A DNA stretch of 64,000 nt from Eledone cirrhosa (GCA_964016885.1 OZ024747.1:62620001-62684000); one strand, 5' to 3'; shown: positions 44,766 through 57,773, counted from the stretch's first letter. The notes: generated by a model not told the origin, from the letters alone. Numbers and translations: made by a program.

Positions 44766-45824
44766 GAAAGAGAGGGAGAGAGAGAGAGTAAGAGAGAGAG
44801 AGAAAGAGAGAGAAAAAGAGAGAGAAAGATAGAGAGAAAGAGAGAAAGAGTAAAGAGAGAAAGAGAGAGAGAGAGAGGGGAAAGAGAGCGAGAGAGAGAG
44901 GGGGGATGCTCATCCATTTACACATGGATTTAACGAGTCACAATTTCCATTGATGGAACAACTGATGGCGCTTCTTTGAAAACCACGGACATCCCTCCTA
45001 AACAAAATTTACGATTGAACATTTTCTCAGTTCACTGTCCCATAGTTTAACTTTTCCATGGATATGAGAAGTGGTATATTTATCAAAGTAACACCAAGTA
45101 ATTCAGAATTTTAACTGCTAGCCATATACGATCTATTTTAGACACTTGGTTTTAAGATATCACATACGATAATTTTAAGGCCTTTTTATTGCTAGGGCCA
45201 GAAAATGTAAAATCTAAAAGCTTTTTGTTTTAAGTTCTTATTATCGTATAAAGCTGTCGATCCTGTTATATGTTGTTCTTCTATCATTAATACACATCTA
45301 CTTATGCCTTGGTACATTTTCTTAATATCTAGTTTATTACAATGTTTTAATGTTGTTCTTTAATTCTTCTCAATAACTTTAGACACTGCCATACTATGAC
45401 TATATGATATACAGAACTAAGCGTTTCACACGTTGTCTCTGCAACGTTTACCTTTCTCATTACAAATGGCGGCAGTAGACGTTAAATACAGATTAAACTA
45501 AACGAAAGCGTTGTCAGCAATTCTCTTTCCTATACCAATTTTTTTTAAAGTGGTGTCAGCCGATATTTCGAAAGTTTATAGTATATTATTAATTCTGGCA
45601 CAAGGCGATAGATTTGCAGAACCGTTAGATTGTCGAGGAAAATGCTTTAACTCTTCAGTTACCATATTTCTAATGAAATACACTACCTGTAATTTGCTAA
45701 ACATTCAGAAAATAATCAAGAATTAGGAGGGATTTAGTAATATAACTAACTTTCTCATTACGAAGCTGATGTTTGGAACACAACATAGTAAAGGTTCTTG
45801 CATAAAAGCATGGTGAGGCTATGG

Positions 45825-45870
<46 letters not shown>

Positions 45871-45874
<4 letters not shown>

Positions 45875-46057
45875 GTTTCTACTTTTGGCACAAGGCCAGC
45901 AATTATCCCAGTGTATTACTGGTACTTTATTTTATCGACCCCGTAAGGATGAAAGGCAAACTTAACCTCGGCGGGATTTGCACTCAGACTGTAAAGAGAC
46001 GTAACTCTATGCTGCAAAGCATGGCGTCTGGTACTCTACCGATACTGCCAATCCACC
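45871..46057 (-). mobile_element. SINE family 1 copy
   Basis: Full-length match to the family consensus. Confidence 0.9.
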
Positions 46058-46064
46058 TCCTTTA

Positions 46065-46870
46065 TCTATATACATAAAACAGAGAATGTCTGTCTGTCTG
46101 TCCGTTTCACTAAAACTCGAGAACCACCCAACCGATTTTTTTCAAAATTTACACATGTAATACTTATGGTCGTGTGAGCAAAAAATATTTCAAATTTTCA
46201 ATGCCTGAGTAACCGCATATTTTAGGCTTTAGAGGCTTTTTTGAGGCATAACGGAACAATAATCCAGGTGATTTCTTCAAAATTTGAATTACTTATGTTG
46301 TTTAAAGTGTTTTGAGCAAAAACGATTTTCTCATTTTTACCCCAGGGATCGCATTAGGCGAAAAACCGATTTTTTGAAGCATTTTGGTTGCGTTAGGGCC
46401 TGTAACTCGAGAAGTACCCAACCGATTTTTTTAAACTTTGCATATGCATTATTTATGTTTCACAAATTTTTATGACTGAAACAGATTTCAAATGTTTGCC
46501 TGCGGACCGCATTGTTTAGCATTTTGGTTGCGTTAGGGCCTGTAACCTTAAAAGTATCCAACTAAATTCCTTCATGCTCTCCACCACTGCAGTCTCACAT
46601 GCTTACTGCTCTGTAACTATTGCTTTCATTGTACCATAGCACAACAAATACATGTTCAGTTTGTCGAATGCCTTTTTACTTAACCCTATTTTCGTGAGTT
46701 GATCATTTTACTCTCAGGCACCCAATTAAGTTAAACCCATGGTAATCTACGACGAATTTTCTTTATAAGCGCAAAATGTAGACACCATCCCCAGGCCGAG
46801 GTATTCCGTACTTCTCTGTACTGTTTCATCTATGTATAGAATCCCGAGCAACGCCGGGCCATTCTGCTAG
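46065..46870 (+). mobile_element. Non-autonomous Helitron (~0.8 kb)
   Basis: A|TCTATATACATAAAACAGAGAATGTCTGTCTG...CCCGAGCAACGCCGGG-CCATTCTG-CTAG|T; 5' region related to 11518-13458. Confidence 0.85.
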
Positions 46871-46910
46871 TATATAATAATAATGAGGATTTGATATATA
46901 TATATATATA

Positions 46911-47098
46911 AATCGGTTTAAAACTAGTTAGACCATTACTCAATAGAGTACGCGATACTTGGGGTAGTAGAGTATGGTTATATAATAAAGAATCTGGACC
47001 CGACGGCTGAGCTCTTGCCGTTTCAACAGCTAGTTTCCAACTAGCTGTTGAAACGGGAAGAGCTCAGCCGTTGGGTACCGACTTTTTATAATATATAT
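46911..47098. mobile_element. Fold-back pLTR 3' end of a related Penelope subfamily
   Basis: 38-bp arms at 46998-47035 and 47039-47076 carrying GAAA-CGG..AGAGCTC-AGCCG-TY-GGGT; AGAGTACGCGATACTT at 46945; a related fragment lies at ~34855-34920. Confidence 0.75.
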
Positions 47099-47101
47099 AA
47101 A

Positions 47102-47199
47102 CAGGGTCTCCCCCTAGAAATTTATATACACTTCAACAGCATTCTAATAAATATTGCCTGAACAGGTAATCAAAATGTGTATACATTTTTGGGGGACAT

Positions 47200-47203
<4 letters not shown>
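47102..47203. mobile_element. Tc1/mariner-type MITE (~100 bp)
   Basis: CAGGGTCTCCCCC...GGGGGACATCCTA termini; interior shared with 5258-5335. Confidence 0.6.
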
Positions 47204-47264
<61 letters not shown>

Positions 47265-47392
47265 ATAAGGTACTTCAAAACAGCCTTGTATCGTAGAAAA
47301 AGGGAAGCTTTCAGACGAGCAGATAATCTGAGTTCTAATTCTGTCGAGATGGACTTTGCTTTTCATTCTTCCAGGGTTGATAAAGTCATATA

Positions 47393-47591
47393 ATAGTTGT
47401 TTCTACTTTTAGCACAAGGCCAGCAATTATACCAGTGTATTACTGGTACTTTATTTTATTTTATCGACCCCGTAAGGATGAAAGACAAGGTTAACCTTGG
47501 CGGAATTTGAACTCAGATCATAAAGGACCGTAACTCTATGCTGCAAAGCATGGCGTCCGACCCTCAACCGACACTGCCAATCAACCGCCCT
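47393..47591 (-). mobile_element. SINE family 1 copy
   Basis: Full length; tail-to-tail with a degenerate plus-strand copy at ~47305-47390. Confidence 0.88.
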
Positions 47592-47841
47592 GAACGGAAA
47601 TAATAATAATGATTTAATTCGGTTCATTTAGCTTTTATAGAATGTTTGCAGCTTAATTTACTGAATAAAACTGTCCACTTAATAAACTTCAAACATATCT
47701 ATCAAACTTGATCTACGTCGTGTGATGAACACTGCTTCTGTTCTTTAGAATTTATATAACGCATACTTAAACACACGTACACACACACACACACCACACA
47801 CACAAATATATATGTATATAATAAAGTTTTCTTTATTACAT

Positions 47842-48302
47842 AATAGCTGGCCCCATGCCGTCAAAAATGACGGATAATTGTAATATCTATAATATAATAA
47901 AAAAAGATGTTTATCCTTCTTCAGTCGACATTATCACCGTTTCCTTCCCCAGTCGATGTAATCACCCTTTCCTTCCTCAGTTGACGTAGTCACCCCTTCC
48001 TTCGTTAGCCAACGTAATCACCCTTTCCTTCCTCAGTCGACATTATCACCCCTTCCTTCCCCAGTCGACATAATCACCCCTTCCTTCCTCAGTCGACATA
48101 ATCACCCCTTCCTTAGTTAGCCAACATAATCACCCCTTCCTTCCCCAGTCGACGTAATCACCCCTTCCTTCCCCAGTCGACATAATCACCCCTTCCTTCG
48201 TTAGCCAAGGTAATCACCCCTTCCTTCCTCAGTCGACATAATCACCCCTTCGATATCATCTCTACTGCGTTACGGACAAATACACACGGCTATTATATGA
48301 GT
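47842..48302 (-). mobile_element. Probable Helitron remnant carrying a 29-30-bp minisatellite (47921-48252)
   Basis: Hairpin CCGTCA-AAAA-TGACGG about 12 nt from an ATAG (degenerate CTAG) end; ~11 copies of CAGTCGACATAATCACCCCTTCCTTCCT. Confidence 0.5.
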
Positions 48303-48351
48303 GGCTAATAGAAACATAAGTTGTTAAAGAGAGGTGTTGTGTACATTAGAC

Positions 48352-49475
48352 GGTGGTGGTGGTGGTAGCGGTGGTGGTGGTGGTGGTGATGGTGGTGGTG
48401 GTGGTGGTGGTGGTAGCGGTGGTAGCGGTGGTGATGGTGATAGTGGTGGTGGTGACGGTAGCGGTGGTGATGGTGATAGCGGTGGTGGTGGTAGTGGTGG
48501 TGGTAGTGGTGGTGGTAGTGATGGTGGTAGTGGTGGTGGTGGTAGTGATGGTAGTAGTGGTGGTGGTGGTGGTAGTGATGGTAGTGGTGGTGGTAGTGGT
48601 GGTAGTGATGATGGTGGTAGTGGTGGTAGGGGTGGTGCTGGTGGTGGTGATGGTTGTGGTGGTGGTGGTGGTGGTGGTTGTGGTAGTAGTGTTAGTGGTG
48701 GTTGTGGTAGTGAAGGTGGTGAGAGTGGTGGTAGTGGTAGTGGTAGTGGTGGTGATAGTGATGGTGGTGGTGGTGGTGATGGTGGGAGTGGTGGTGATGG
48801 TAGTAGTGGTGGTGATAGTGGTAAGGGTGGTGAAGATGGTGGTGGTGATGGTGGTAGTGGCGGTGATGGTTGTGGGAGTGGTGGTGATAGTGGTAATGGT
48901 GGTAGTGGTGGTGGTGGTAGTGGTAGTGGAGGTGGAGGTGGTGAAGGTGGTGGTGGTGATGGTGGTGATGGTTGTGGGAGTGGTGGTGATAGTGGTAATG
49001 GTGGTAGTGGTGGTGGTGGTAGTGGTAGTGGAGGTGGAGGTGGTGAAGGTGATGGTGGTAGTGGCGGTGATGGTTGTGGGAGTGGTGGTGATAGTGGTAA
49101 TGGTGGTAGTGGTGGTGGTGGTAGTGGTAGTGGAGGTGGAGGTGGTGAAGGTGATGGTGGTAGTGGCGGTGATGGTTGTGGGAGTGGTGGTGATAGTGGT
49201 AATGGTGGTAGTGGTGGTGGTGGTAGTGGTAATGGTGGTGAATATGGTGGTGGTGATGGTTGTAGTGGCGGTGATGGTTGTGGGAGTGGTGGTGATAGTG
49301 GTAGTGGTGGTAGTGGTGGTGGTGGTAGTGGTGGTGGAGGTGGAGGTGGTGAAGGTGGTGGTGGTGATGGTGGGAATTGTGATGATGATAATGATCATGA
49401 TGGTGGTGGTTAGGATGATGCTGATGATAGTGATGACGAAGATGATGACGACAACAATGATGATGATGATGATGA
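48352..49475. repeat. (GGT)n/(GAT)n compound trinucleotide repeat
   Basis: GGT/AGT/GAT triplets with higher-order duplications. Confidence 0.92.
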
Positions 49476-49664
49476 TAATTGTTTCTACTTTAGGCTCAAG
49501 GCCAGCAATTACCCAGTGCATTACTGGTACTTTATTTTATCGACCCCGTAAGGATGAAAGGCAAAGTCAACCTCGGCGGGATTTGAACTCAGACCGTAAA
49601 GGGACGTAACTATGCTGGAAAGCATGGCGTCCGACCCTCTACCGATACTGCCAATCCACCGCCC
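49476..49664 (-). mobile_element. SINE family 1 copy (close to consensus)
   Basis: Minus strand GGGCGGTGGATTGGCAGTATCGG...GAGTTCAAATCCCGCCGAGG...AGAAACAATT. Confidence 0.92.
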
Positions 49665-49967
49665 TTTGATGATGACGATGATGATGGTAAATGATGATGA
49701 CAACAACAATGATGATGATGATGATGATGATGGTTACTATGACGACGACGATGATGATGCTGCTGCTAACGTTATTCTTCTGGTTTACCGGTGTTAATTA
49801 ATCCATAAAACCTATTCCTTTATCGCAGACTACAGTATACAGTCATATTTAGTTATTCTACAATATTTGATATATTTTAATTTTAGCTGACTCGGCAACT
49901 ATTTTGACGTGTGTGTGCATGTATATATGTGTTCTATACGTACATACATGTACGACTTGGTGTAGAA

Positions 49968-50245
49968 ACACTGGGAGAGGGCATTTTGCCCTAGCGGACA
50001 GGGTGACCGTGGCTTTTCTAGTGTGCGATTTATACATGAGTGACCCTTAGAGTCTCCTCACCCTTAGAGAATTTGTTATGTTTATATTTTAAATGTGTAT
50101 TTTCTTAGTTTCTGTTAGAAATATTATTTTACACAAAAAGCCCCAGACTGTATCGTCCTGTATCGTCTTTAATGTTTCCTTAATGTACACCCTGTGTGGC
50201 TAATAAAGAAATTATTATTATGATTAATATTATTACTATTATTAT
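49968..50245 (+). mobile_element. LINE 3' UTR fragment (family of 58430-58746)
   Basis: CTGGGAGAGGG...GCCCT...CAGGGTGA...TTAATGTTTCCTT...AATAAAGAAA followed by (ATT)n. Confidence 0.6.
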
Positions 50246-50971
50246 TGTGCTATTCTAATTTTGAAAAATTGGGAATGTGCCAGCGTTTATTAAAATGTCT
50301 GACAATATGGCAACAATAGTTTAAAGTACTTGACTATTGAACATTATGCAGGAGAAAGGAATTCATTGTCGCTTTACATAACATTATATTACATTATTTA
50401 TTACTATTTACTTTATTACTTAAGACATTTCATAAGGAAACTATTAAATTCATCTATTGTCTAAAGAAATTTCTTCTCGGAATGCCATTTTTGTTTCCAG
50501 ATTAATACTAGCTTAGCAAATGACGTTATCTGAGTTCGATTGTCAAAACTGAAGCAGTTATATCGTGAAAAACGTATTTTAACCATTCAAAAACATATTA
50601 AAATAAGAAAATGAGGCGATCATCAGATGGAACCAAGGAATCAAGGTTTCCAGTAGTTTTCAGTTGTTGATACTATCTCCGTGTAGCAGCTTCTGGCAGT
50701 AGAAGGCGGTTATTAACTCCGAACACACAGAATAGGGTCAAGATACTACAAAGCACCCTATCAGATTCTTTAACAATTTACTCAGCTCACATCTCCTCCA
50801 CTATTACTTTATTTATTGACTCCGAAAGGATGAACAGTAATGTTTAACATGGCTGGATTTGAACTCGGGGCGCTGAGCCGGAAAAAAATACTGCCACTCA
50901 ACTGACTCTGCTAGTTCACCGCTAAAAGAACATAAAAAGTATTATCTTCAGTTTTCATTTATTTCGTGGTG

Positions 50972-51140
50972 GCATAGAGTTATGGCCCTTTAGATTCTGA
51001 GTTCGAATCCTGCTGATGTTAGCTTTGCCTTTCATCCTTACGAGGTCCATAAAATAAAGTACCAGAAACGTACTGGGGTCGATTTAATCTAGTTTCCCCG
51101 CTCGCCAAAATTGTTGTCCTTGTGTGAAAATCAGAAACTA
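50972..51140 (+). mobile_element. SINE family 1, long subtype, 5' truncated
   Basis: GAGTTCGAATCC B-box; includes the GGGGTCGATTTAATC segment. Confidence 0.85.
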
Positions 51141-52167
51141 TTTATTTCGTGGTGTCAGCATTGATCCGGTCAATGATACAATTCCACAGTTGCAGTGGTA
51201 TTGTGTCACATATTACGAAGAAAATCTTAAAACCACGAAATAAAATGACAGCCGAATTAACAATTTTTGTGTATTTTCGAATTGCAAGAATGACTTTTCT
51301 ATTATGTAATTACTATTGTTGCTGTTTATGTTTGTTTGAAGGAGTTTGTGTGTGTATGAATATGTGTGTGCGCGTATGTCTCTGTGTTTATGTGCGTGTG
51401 TCTGTGCCTGTATGTATGTGGCGTAGCAGTGTGGTTACGAATTTCGTTTCGCAAACACAATAACAGGGTTTTAATCGTACTTGTGTAGAATCTTTAGCAA
51501 GTTTCTATACGATTGCCTCTAGTCGAATTAATTTTTGGGAATGAAAACGAGTTTACCGAAACACCATGCAAACCCTTCGGATGGATTGTAAATTAAAGGT
51601 CCAGCCTTGTCACATTTTGTGTCACATGACTGAGTATTATGAGTAGAAGTGGCTGTGAAATATTTAAACCATTTACAGCTTTTTTGTAAATTATAATTGA
51701 CTTAAACTGTTTATGGATAATTCATTAAATAACAAATTTCGTATTGAAAAATTGATAAGTTAGACTTTCAGTTGAATGATCATCGTCGAACCTGTCGGAA
51801 GACCCATCATCGTGTATGCTTGTGCATTTCGCGTTATGTAAATATTCTTGTCCTTATATCATAAGAAATATCTACTTTGATAAACAAATTTCTATCATAT
51901 AAATATTACTTACAGCTTTTAGATAAACATTAAGTCAATATTGAATGAAATTTTATATCAAAAATGTTTATAAATATGAAAATATCAATCATATCTTTCA
52001 GTTTTAGTATTACGATACTATCTATATTTATACTCAAAACAATATTTAAACAGGATAGCTATTGAAGTGGTATCCAATTTATTGATACCTTATCAGTTAT
52101 CAAATCTAATCATACAAAATCTACATATAGAAGCCACAAATTACTAACGTATGCATACATATATATC

Positions 52168-52204
<37 letters not shown>

Positions 52205-52318
52205 TCCTTCTATAAATGCAATCACATACGTACACATACACACTTTTACCCCCCCACACACATTCCTACCTATCCATATATATATATAAATAAAATTATA
52301 CATATAAATATAAATATA

Positions 52319-52358
<40 letters not shown>

Positions 52359-52399
52359 ATTACGTATATATATATATATATATATATATGTATGATTAC

Positions 52400-52468
<69 letters not shown>

Positions 52469-52725
52469 TATGTATATATATATGATTATGTATATATGTA
52501 TATGATTATGTATATATATGTGTGAATCTATAAACGGACGAGGGTACTTGAAATACAAGTATATATAAAACATTCACTCATTAACTGACTGTGAATTTAG
52601 TATATGTGAGCGGAGTACAAGTTATATTTTCTAATTTCTATATGCAAATGAGATCTCCAGTAAATGTACATCACGCAAAATCTATAAACACCCTAGTCTA
52701 TTTTTATGTCAGTAGCGGCTGAATG

Positions 52726-52776
52726 AATGTCACTAATGAGGGTTCAATGAATCTTGAAAGAGTGGCGTGTGACATT
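52726..52776 (+). ncRNA. Decayed type I hammerhead
   Basis: AAUGUCA-CUAAUGA-GGGUUC-AAU-GAAUCUU-GAAA-GAGUGGCG-UG/UGACAUU; perfect 7-bp helix I, but G5A and G17 predict inactivity. Confidence 0.55.
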
Positions 52777-52951
52777 ATTGACTGCTACTAGCATATCTGT
52801 GACATGTTCACGGAGCAAAAGAAAGAAAAGTTTTTTTGCAACGAAAAAATTGTTTTTCATTGATAGCGAAGTTCCTATATGATTATTGTATATAAATATA
52901 TATAGTATATGCTTTCATATACACCATTATTATGCTTAATATATATATATA

Positions 52952-53074
52952 TAATTGTTTCTACTTTTGGCACAAGGCCAGCAATTACCCAGTGCATTAC
53001 TGGTACTTTATTTTATCGACCCCGTAAGGATGAAAGGCAAAGTTAACCTCGGCAGGATTTGAACTCAGATCGTA
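52952..53074 (-). mobile_element. SINE family 1, 5' truncated
   Basis: Tail through B-box present. Confidence 0.88.
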
Positions 53075-53082
53075 ACATATAC

Positions 53083-54066
53083 GGAGAAAGCCATTAGCGA
53101 TACTCCGACCAATTTCCAACTCACTCAACAAACATTAGGAAATACCGGAGTATATTCTCAATTAAACCTTTGGGGTGCTAACTACATTTTATTGTGTGGA
53201 TAACTGGCTATATTATTTTATATGAGATATATTAAAAACATCTCATTCCCCAAACGATTTCTACATGGTGGGTGAAATTATACCAAGTTATGTAGAAGCT
53301 TGTGTAAGATCAATGGATTCTTATTCAAGTGGGCCCTTATAAATCTTCAGTTGGTGCCCAATAATATTAATATCAATAACTAAATCAACATCAATATTTA
53401 GCGATAATCTTCATCAGTGCGAGAAGGAGCTGCTAGGTTGTAAGTCCAGCAGTTCGAAAGAAAATCTCATACTGTCCCCAAAATGGGAGGAGGAGGTTAT
53501 CGTAAAATAATATACACGCAGGTCATTCAACTCTGACAAAGAATTCAAGCCTCGTGCGAAGAACTCAATGTGCGTACTGTTTAAGGACACATAGAGATAT
53601 TTTCTCAGGCAAAATAACAGATATGAGATACAGATATAATCAATATTCATATAAAAAATACAAAGAGAGTCATACCTTATATCGGGAAAGTTCATGTCTG
53701 GCAATCCAAGAGTATAATACATAATAACATAAACTGAGAAAGCCATTAGTGATACTCCGACCAATTTCCAACTCACTCAACAAACATTAGGGAATACCGT
53801 AGTATATTCCCAATTAAACGTTTGGGGTGTTAACTATATTGTATTGTGTGGATAACTGGCTGTATTATTTTATAATCCCGCCGAGGTTAACTTTGCCTTT
53901 CATTCTTACGGGGTCGATAAAATAAAAGTACCAGTAACACATTGGGATAATTGCTGGCCTTGTGCCAAATGTAGAAACAATTATTTTATATGAGATATAT
54001 ATAAAAAAACTCATTCCCCATACGATCGTTTCATTATAAGATTTCTACATGGTGGGTGAAATTATA
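53083..54066. repeat. ~200-bp direct repeats flanking ~450 bp (LTR/pLTR-like); second copy interrupted by a SINE
   Basis: 53083-53282 matches 53736-53873 plus 53990-54066; the SINE at 53875-53983 is flanked by duplicated ATTATTTTATA. Confidence 0.75.
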
Positions 54067-54247
54067 TATATATATAAGATTATGCGTTAGTTTAACACCA
54101 GCACTTCATTATGCAGGGTAGAGCACTGAATGAAGTCCACAAGAGGGACTGTTAACTCCGGAGTAAATTTATAAACATTTCATTATAAAATGGTGACTTA
54201 TACCTCTTGTTTATATGTATGTATGTATGTATGTGTGTATGTGTGTA

Positions 54248-54334
<87 letters not shown>

Positions 54335-54379
54335 AATATATATATACATGTGAGAAAAACCACAAACCCTTCAACTCAA

Positions 54380-54423
54380 TTCTACTTTTGAAAAGCACAA
54401 GAACTGCGAAACCGGTAAAGGAA
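54380..54423 (+). ncRNA. Small type I hammerhead, U3-A8 core variant, palindromic helix III
   Basis: UUC(UA)CUU-UUGAAAA-GCA-CAAGAAC-UGC-GAAA-CCGG-UA/AAG-GAA; predicted cut after 54417. Confidence 0.7.
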
Positions 54424-54484
54424 CTAAATAAATATATATATAAAAAAAAGAGACTCCAGTTGCATTTTCGATTTCAATTTTTTT

Positions 54485-54520
<36 letters not shown>

Positions 54521-54536
54521 AATGAGTTAGAGATTT

Positions 54537-54614
54537 TGTCGAGTGCTTCGTATCCAGATAAATCTTAATTGTCGAGTGCTTCGTATCAACAGATACGAAG
54601 CACTCGACAATTAA
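54537..54614. repeat. 23-bp perfect hairpin plus an upstream direct copy
   Basis: TTAATTGTCGAGTGCTTCGTATC-AACA-GATACGAAGCACTCGACAATTAA, preceded by TTGTCGAGTGCTTCGTATC. Confidence 0.8.
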
Positions 54615-54812
54615 AATATATCTGGAGTATTATGATAATAATAGTAATAAATGAAAGATATAACACTATAAAATCGCTATTCCTTTCATTATATATATTT
54701 CTGGGATGCTAAATTATAGTATGCCTTCTTCAGACAAAATACAATATTAGATGTATAAAATCTTATATGACATACTCATAAGAGTGACTGTATCAGATCA
54801 ATTTCAAATGAC

Positions 54813-54843
<31 letters not shown>

Positions 54844-55189
54844 CGATCTAAAAATGCTGTTTACAATTGTTCATAGATCTATCAGTTGGTATCTATTGTG
54901 CGTGTCTGTGAAGAAAACATTTCATTGACTTTATACACTGTATATACATCCTTGCTTCAGTGAATGTTTATTGTGATTCTCATACAAACACACAAAACAG
55001 CGAAAGAGTTCCAGAGAGATTTGTATTCAAAGGAAAGAACATAACATTCAATATATCATATCTATTAGCCTACATGAACAGGTGTACACAGAACTGCATT
55101 ACGTAAAGTTTCACAGGAGTGAGAAAAATATCATTTTTATTGTTAATGGATACCATTGGATGTTGTAATATGTGAGGTTTCTCACAAAT

Positions 55190-55411
55190 ATAATTGTCTC
55201 TGATTTAGGCACAAAGCCAACCATTTGAGGGTAGGTGAATGTCGATTAAATCGTCCCCAGTGCGTGACTGGTACTTTATTTTATCGACGCCGTAAGAATG
55301 AAAGGCAAAGCTAACCTCGGCGGGATTTGAAATCAGAACGTAAGGGGACGTAAATCTATGCCACAAAGCATGGAGCATGGTGTGCGACGCTCTAAAGATA
55401 CTGCCAATCAC
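55190..55411 (-). mobile_element. SINE family 1, long subtype
   Basis: Full length, with the GTCGATTAAATCG segment. Confidence 0.85.
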
Positions 55412-55574
55412 AAATATAATAAAGACAGAACTAACATTCTAAAATTCTAGATCTCTGACGATCATTCCAGGTGACATCACATATTCATAATACTTCGAAA
55501 ACTGTAGACCAACGACTAAGATTCTCCGATACAAGAAACTATTTTAGCCATGATCGCTTAACGATCCTCTACAT

Positions 55575-55761
55575 CAGGCATGGGAAACATGCGGCCCTTT
55601 ACAAGCACATCTGCGGCCTGCACACATTTTTTTACAGCGCGAGTATGTTTTATCTTCGTAAAATTAGTTGTAATGTGCGCAATTAGTTGTCGTGTGTGGC
55701 CCTCAGACAACACATATGTGACCCGTGTGGCCCTTGGGGGAACCTCAGTTTTACATGCCTG
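55575..55761. mobile_element. hAT (Charlie-like) MITE
   Basis: TIR CAGGCATG/CATGCCTG; 8-bp TSD CTCTACAT/CTCTACAC; subterminal GCGGCC/GTGGCCC motifs. Confidence 0.8.
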
Positions 55762-56712
55762 CTCTACACACCGTTGAATGAATATCAAAATGTTCTCATA
55801 TGCGTTAACATACTGGCACAATTTCCGTGGAAATGCCTTTGGCGCAGCCAAAACACCGCTTTGAGTCTGTCACTATCTTCCCTTCCCCCTTTCTTTCTTC
55901 CTTTGTCTAATAGTCCTTGCTCTTCCCTTCATTTTCTCTCATTTATAGCATTTATAGTCCTTTCCAATATTGCTCTTTTTTTCTGTATGTTTATATAACT
56001 CTACTTCGAAATAAATTATCAGATAACCGACATTGCTTACAATCTCAGACCAAAGAATACAAATTCAAATTCATTGGTTAATGAAATGAAAAGGTAGAGT
56101 GGAGAAATTGATCTTCTGTGGCAGACTTTGTTTAAACATTCACACATTGCACATTACTTACTATTTCAACTTAAACTGTCTAGAAATATGTTTTGATATT
56201 ACAAGAGACTGTCATGCATAGTTGATGGTTTCGTGTGAATTCTTTTGAAGGCAAAGGAAAATGAAACCAAGATTAAGATTTTATATTAAGATTAAGTAAA
56301 ATGTTTTACGTATTTTCATTTGAAAACTTTAAAGATCTTATAGTATATTTCTCTGAATTTGCATATTTTTTACAAATATATTCTATAACATAGACAGTAA
56401 AACGAAAATATACACACAAAATAATTTTCATTTACAAATGTTTATGTCAAAAGAGACACCGAGTAAAATATATATAAAAACAATAACATAGACATTTTAA
56501 ATGTCTAGGTAACTCTAACGCCATAACATTCGATTTTCATTTAAAAATCTGATTACCATAAAGCCCGCAAAACGTGTAATACATTAACATCGAGTTGATA
56601 TCAAGTTAAAATTTTGTTTTAAACATAAAAATCAGCCATAAAATTTGTTATGTGATTATACAAGGAAATTATATACATACATATATATATATATATGTAT
56701 GTGTGTGCGTGC

Positions 56713-56755
<43 letters not shown>

Positions 56756-56801
56756 TGTATGTGTGAGTATACATTCATATCTATCTATCTATATGCACAT
56801 A

Positions 56802-56904
<103 letters not shown>

Positions 56905-57339
56905 ATAGATATACGTACGTATTTAAATTTTTACTTAAAACATGCCATAGCATACACCTAGCTCTAATGCAAGAATAACGACTAGATTTTGCGAAAGATA
57001 ATGAGGAGTTTTAATGTAGAAAGAAGATAAAATGATGTTTTATAGTTGTTGTTGTTACTGTGGACAAAGATGTATTAACTGGATTGAATTTATTTAAATG
57101 GGGGAAGAAGTCAGTAGACTTTTAGAATGAATAATGGTTTAAAGGTGATACCTCTTATAAGGAAACTGATGGTTGCGTTAGAAAGAGGGGATTTAAAACT
57201 GAACAAAAACTAAAAATATAGACGCTTTTATTCGTTGGTTCTTTAATTGCAACTGAGTATAGTTTTTTTCATTGACTGCCTTACACATACCTATGGACTT
57301 TTACTGAGATGGTTAAGAGATAAAACACAAAAAGAACAA

Positions 57340-57565
57340 TACGATGGTGATGACGATGATCATGATCATGATGATGATCATGGCGATGATGGTGATGATC
57401 ATGGTGATGATCATGGTGATGATGGCGATGATGATGATGGCGATGGTCAGAAAGAATAATCTGACGAAGGTAAAAATGATGGCGAAGAAAAAAAAAAAAG
57501 ATGATGGCGATGACGTAGAAAACGAAGGAGAAAATGAGGAATGGTATAAGTAGTAGTAGTAGTAC

Positions 57566-57602
<37 letters not shown>

Positions 57603-57738
57603 GGTGGTAGTGGTGGTAATAGTAGTGGTGGTGGTAGTAGCAGTGGTGGTGGTGGTAGTAGTAGTAGTGGTGGTGGTAATAGTAGTAGTAGTGGTAGTAG
57701 TAGTAGTAGTGGTGGTGGTGGTAATAGTAATAGTAGTG

Positions 57739-57773
<35 letters not shown>

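Noticed and set aside
44910-44998. Minus-strand peptide SCSINGNCDSLNPCVNG resembling an EGF repeat start
   Set aside because: It is followed immediately by a stop and microsatellite, and is too short to distinguish from chance.
48334-49609. Gly-rich, Thr-rich (mucin-like) and Val-rich ORFs
   Set aside because: They come from a (GGT)n triplet repeat open in multiple frames and run into a SINE.
49476-49664. tRNA genes suggested by A/B boxes
   Set aside because: No cloverleaf forms; the boxes are heads of multi-copy SINEs with a shared body and tail.
55455-55510. CTGACGA followed distantly by GAAA
   Set aside because: No helix II closes onto GAAA and helix III pairing is inconsistent.
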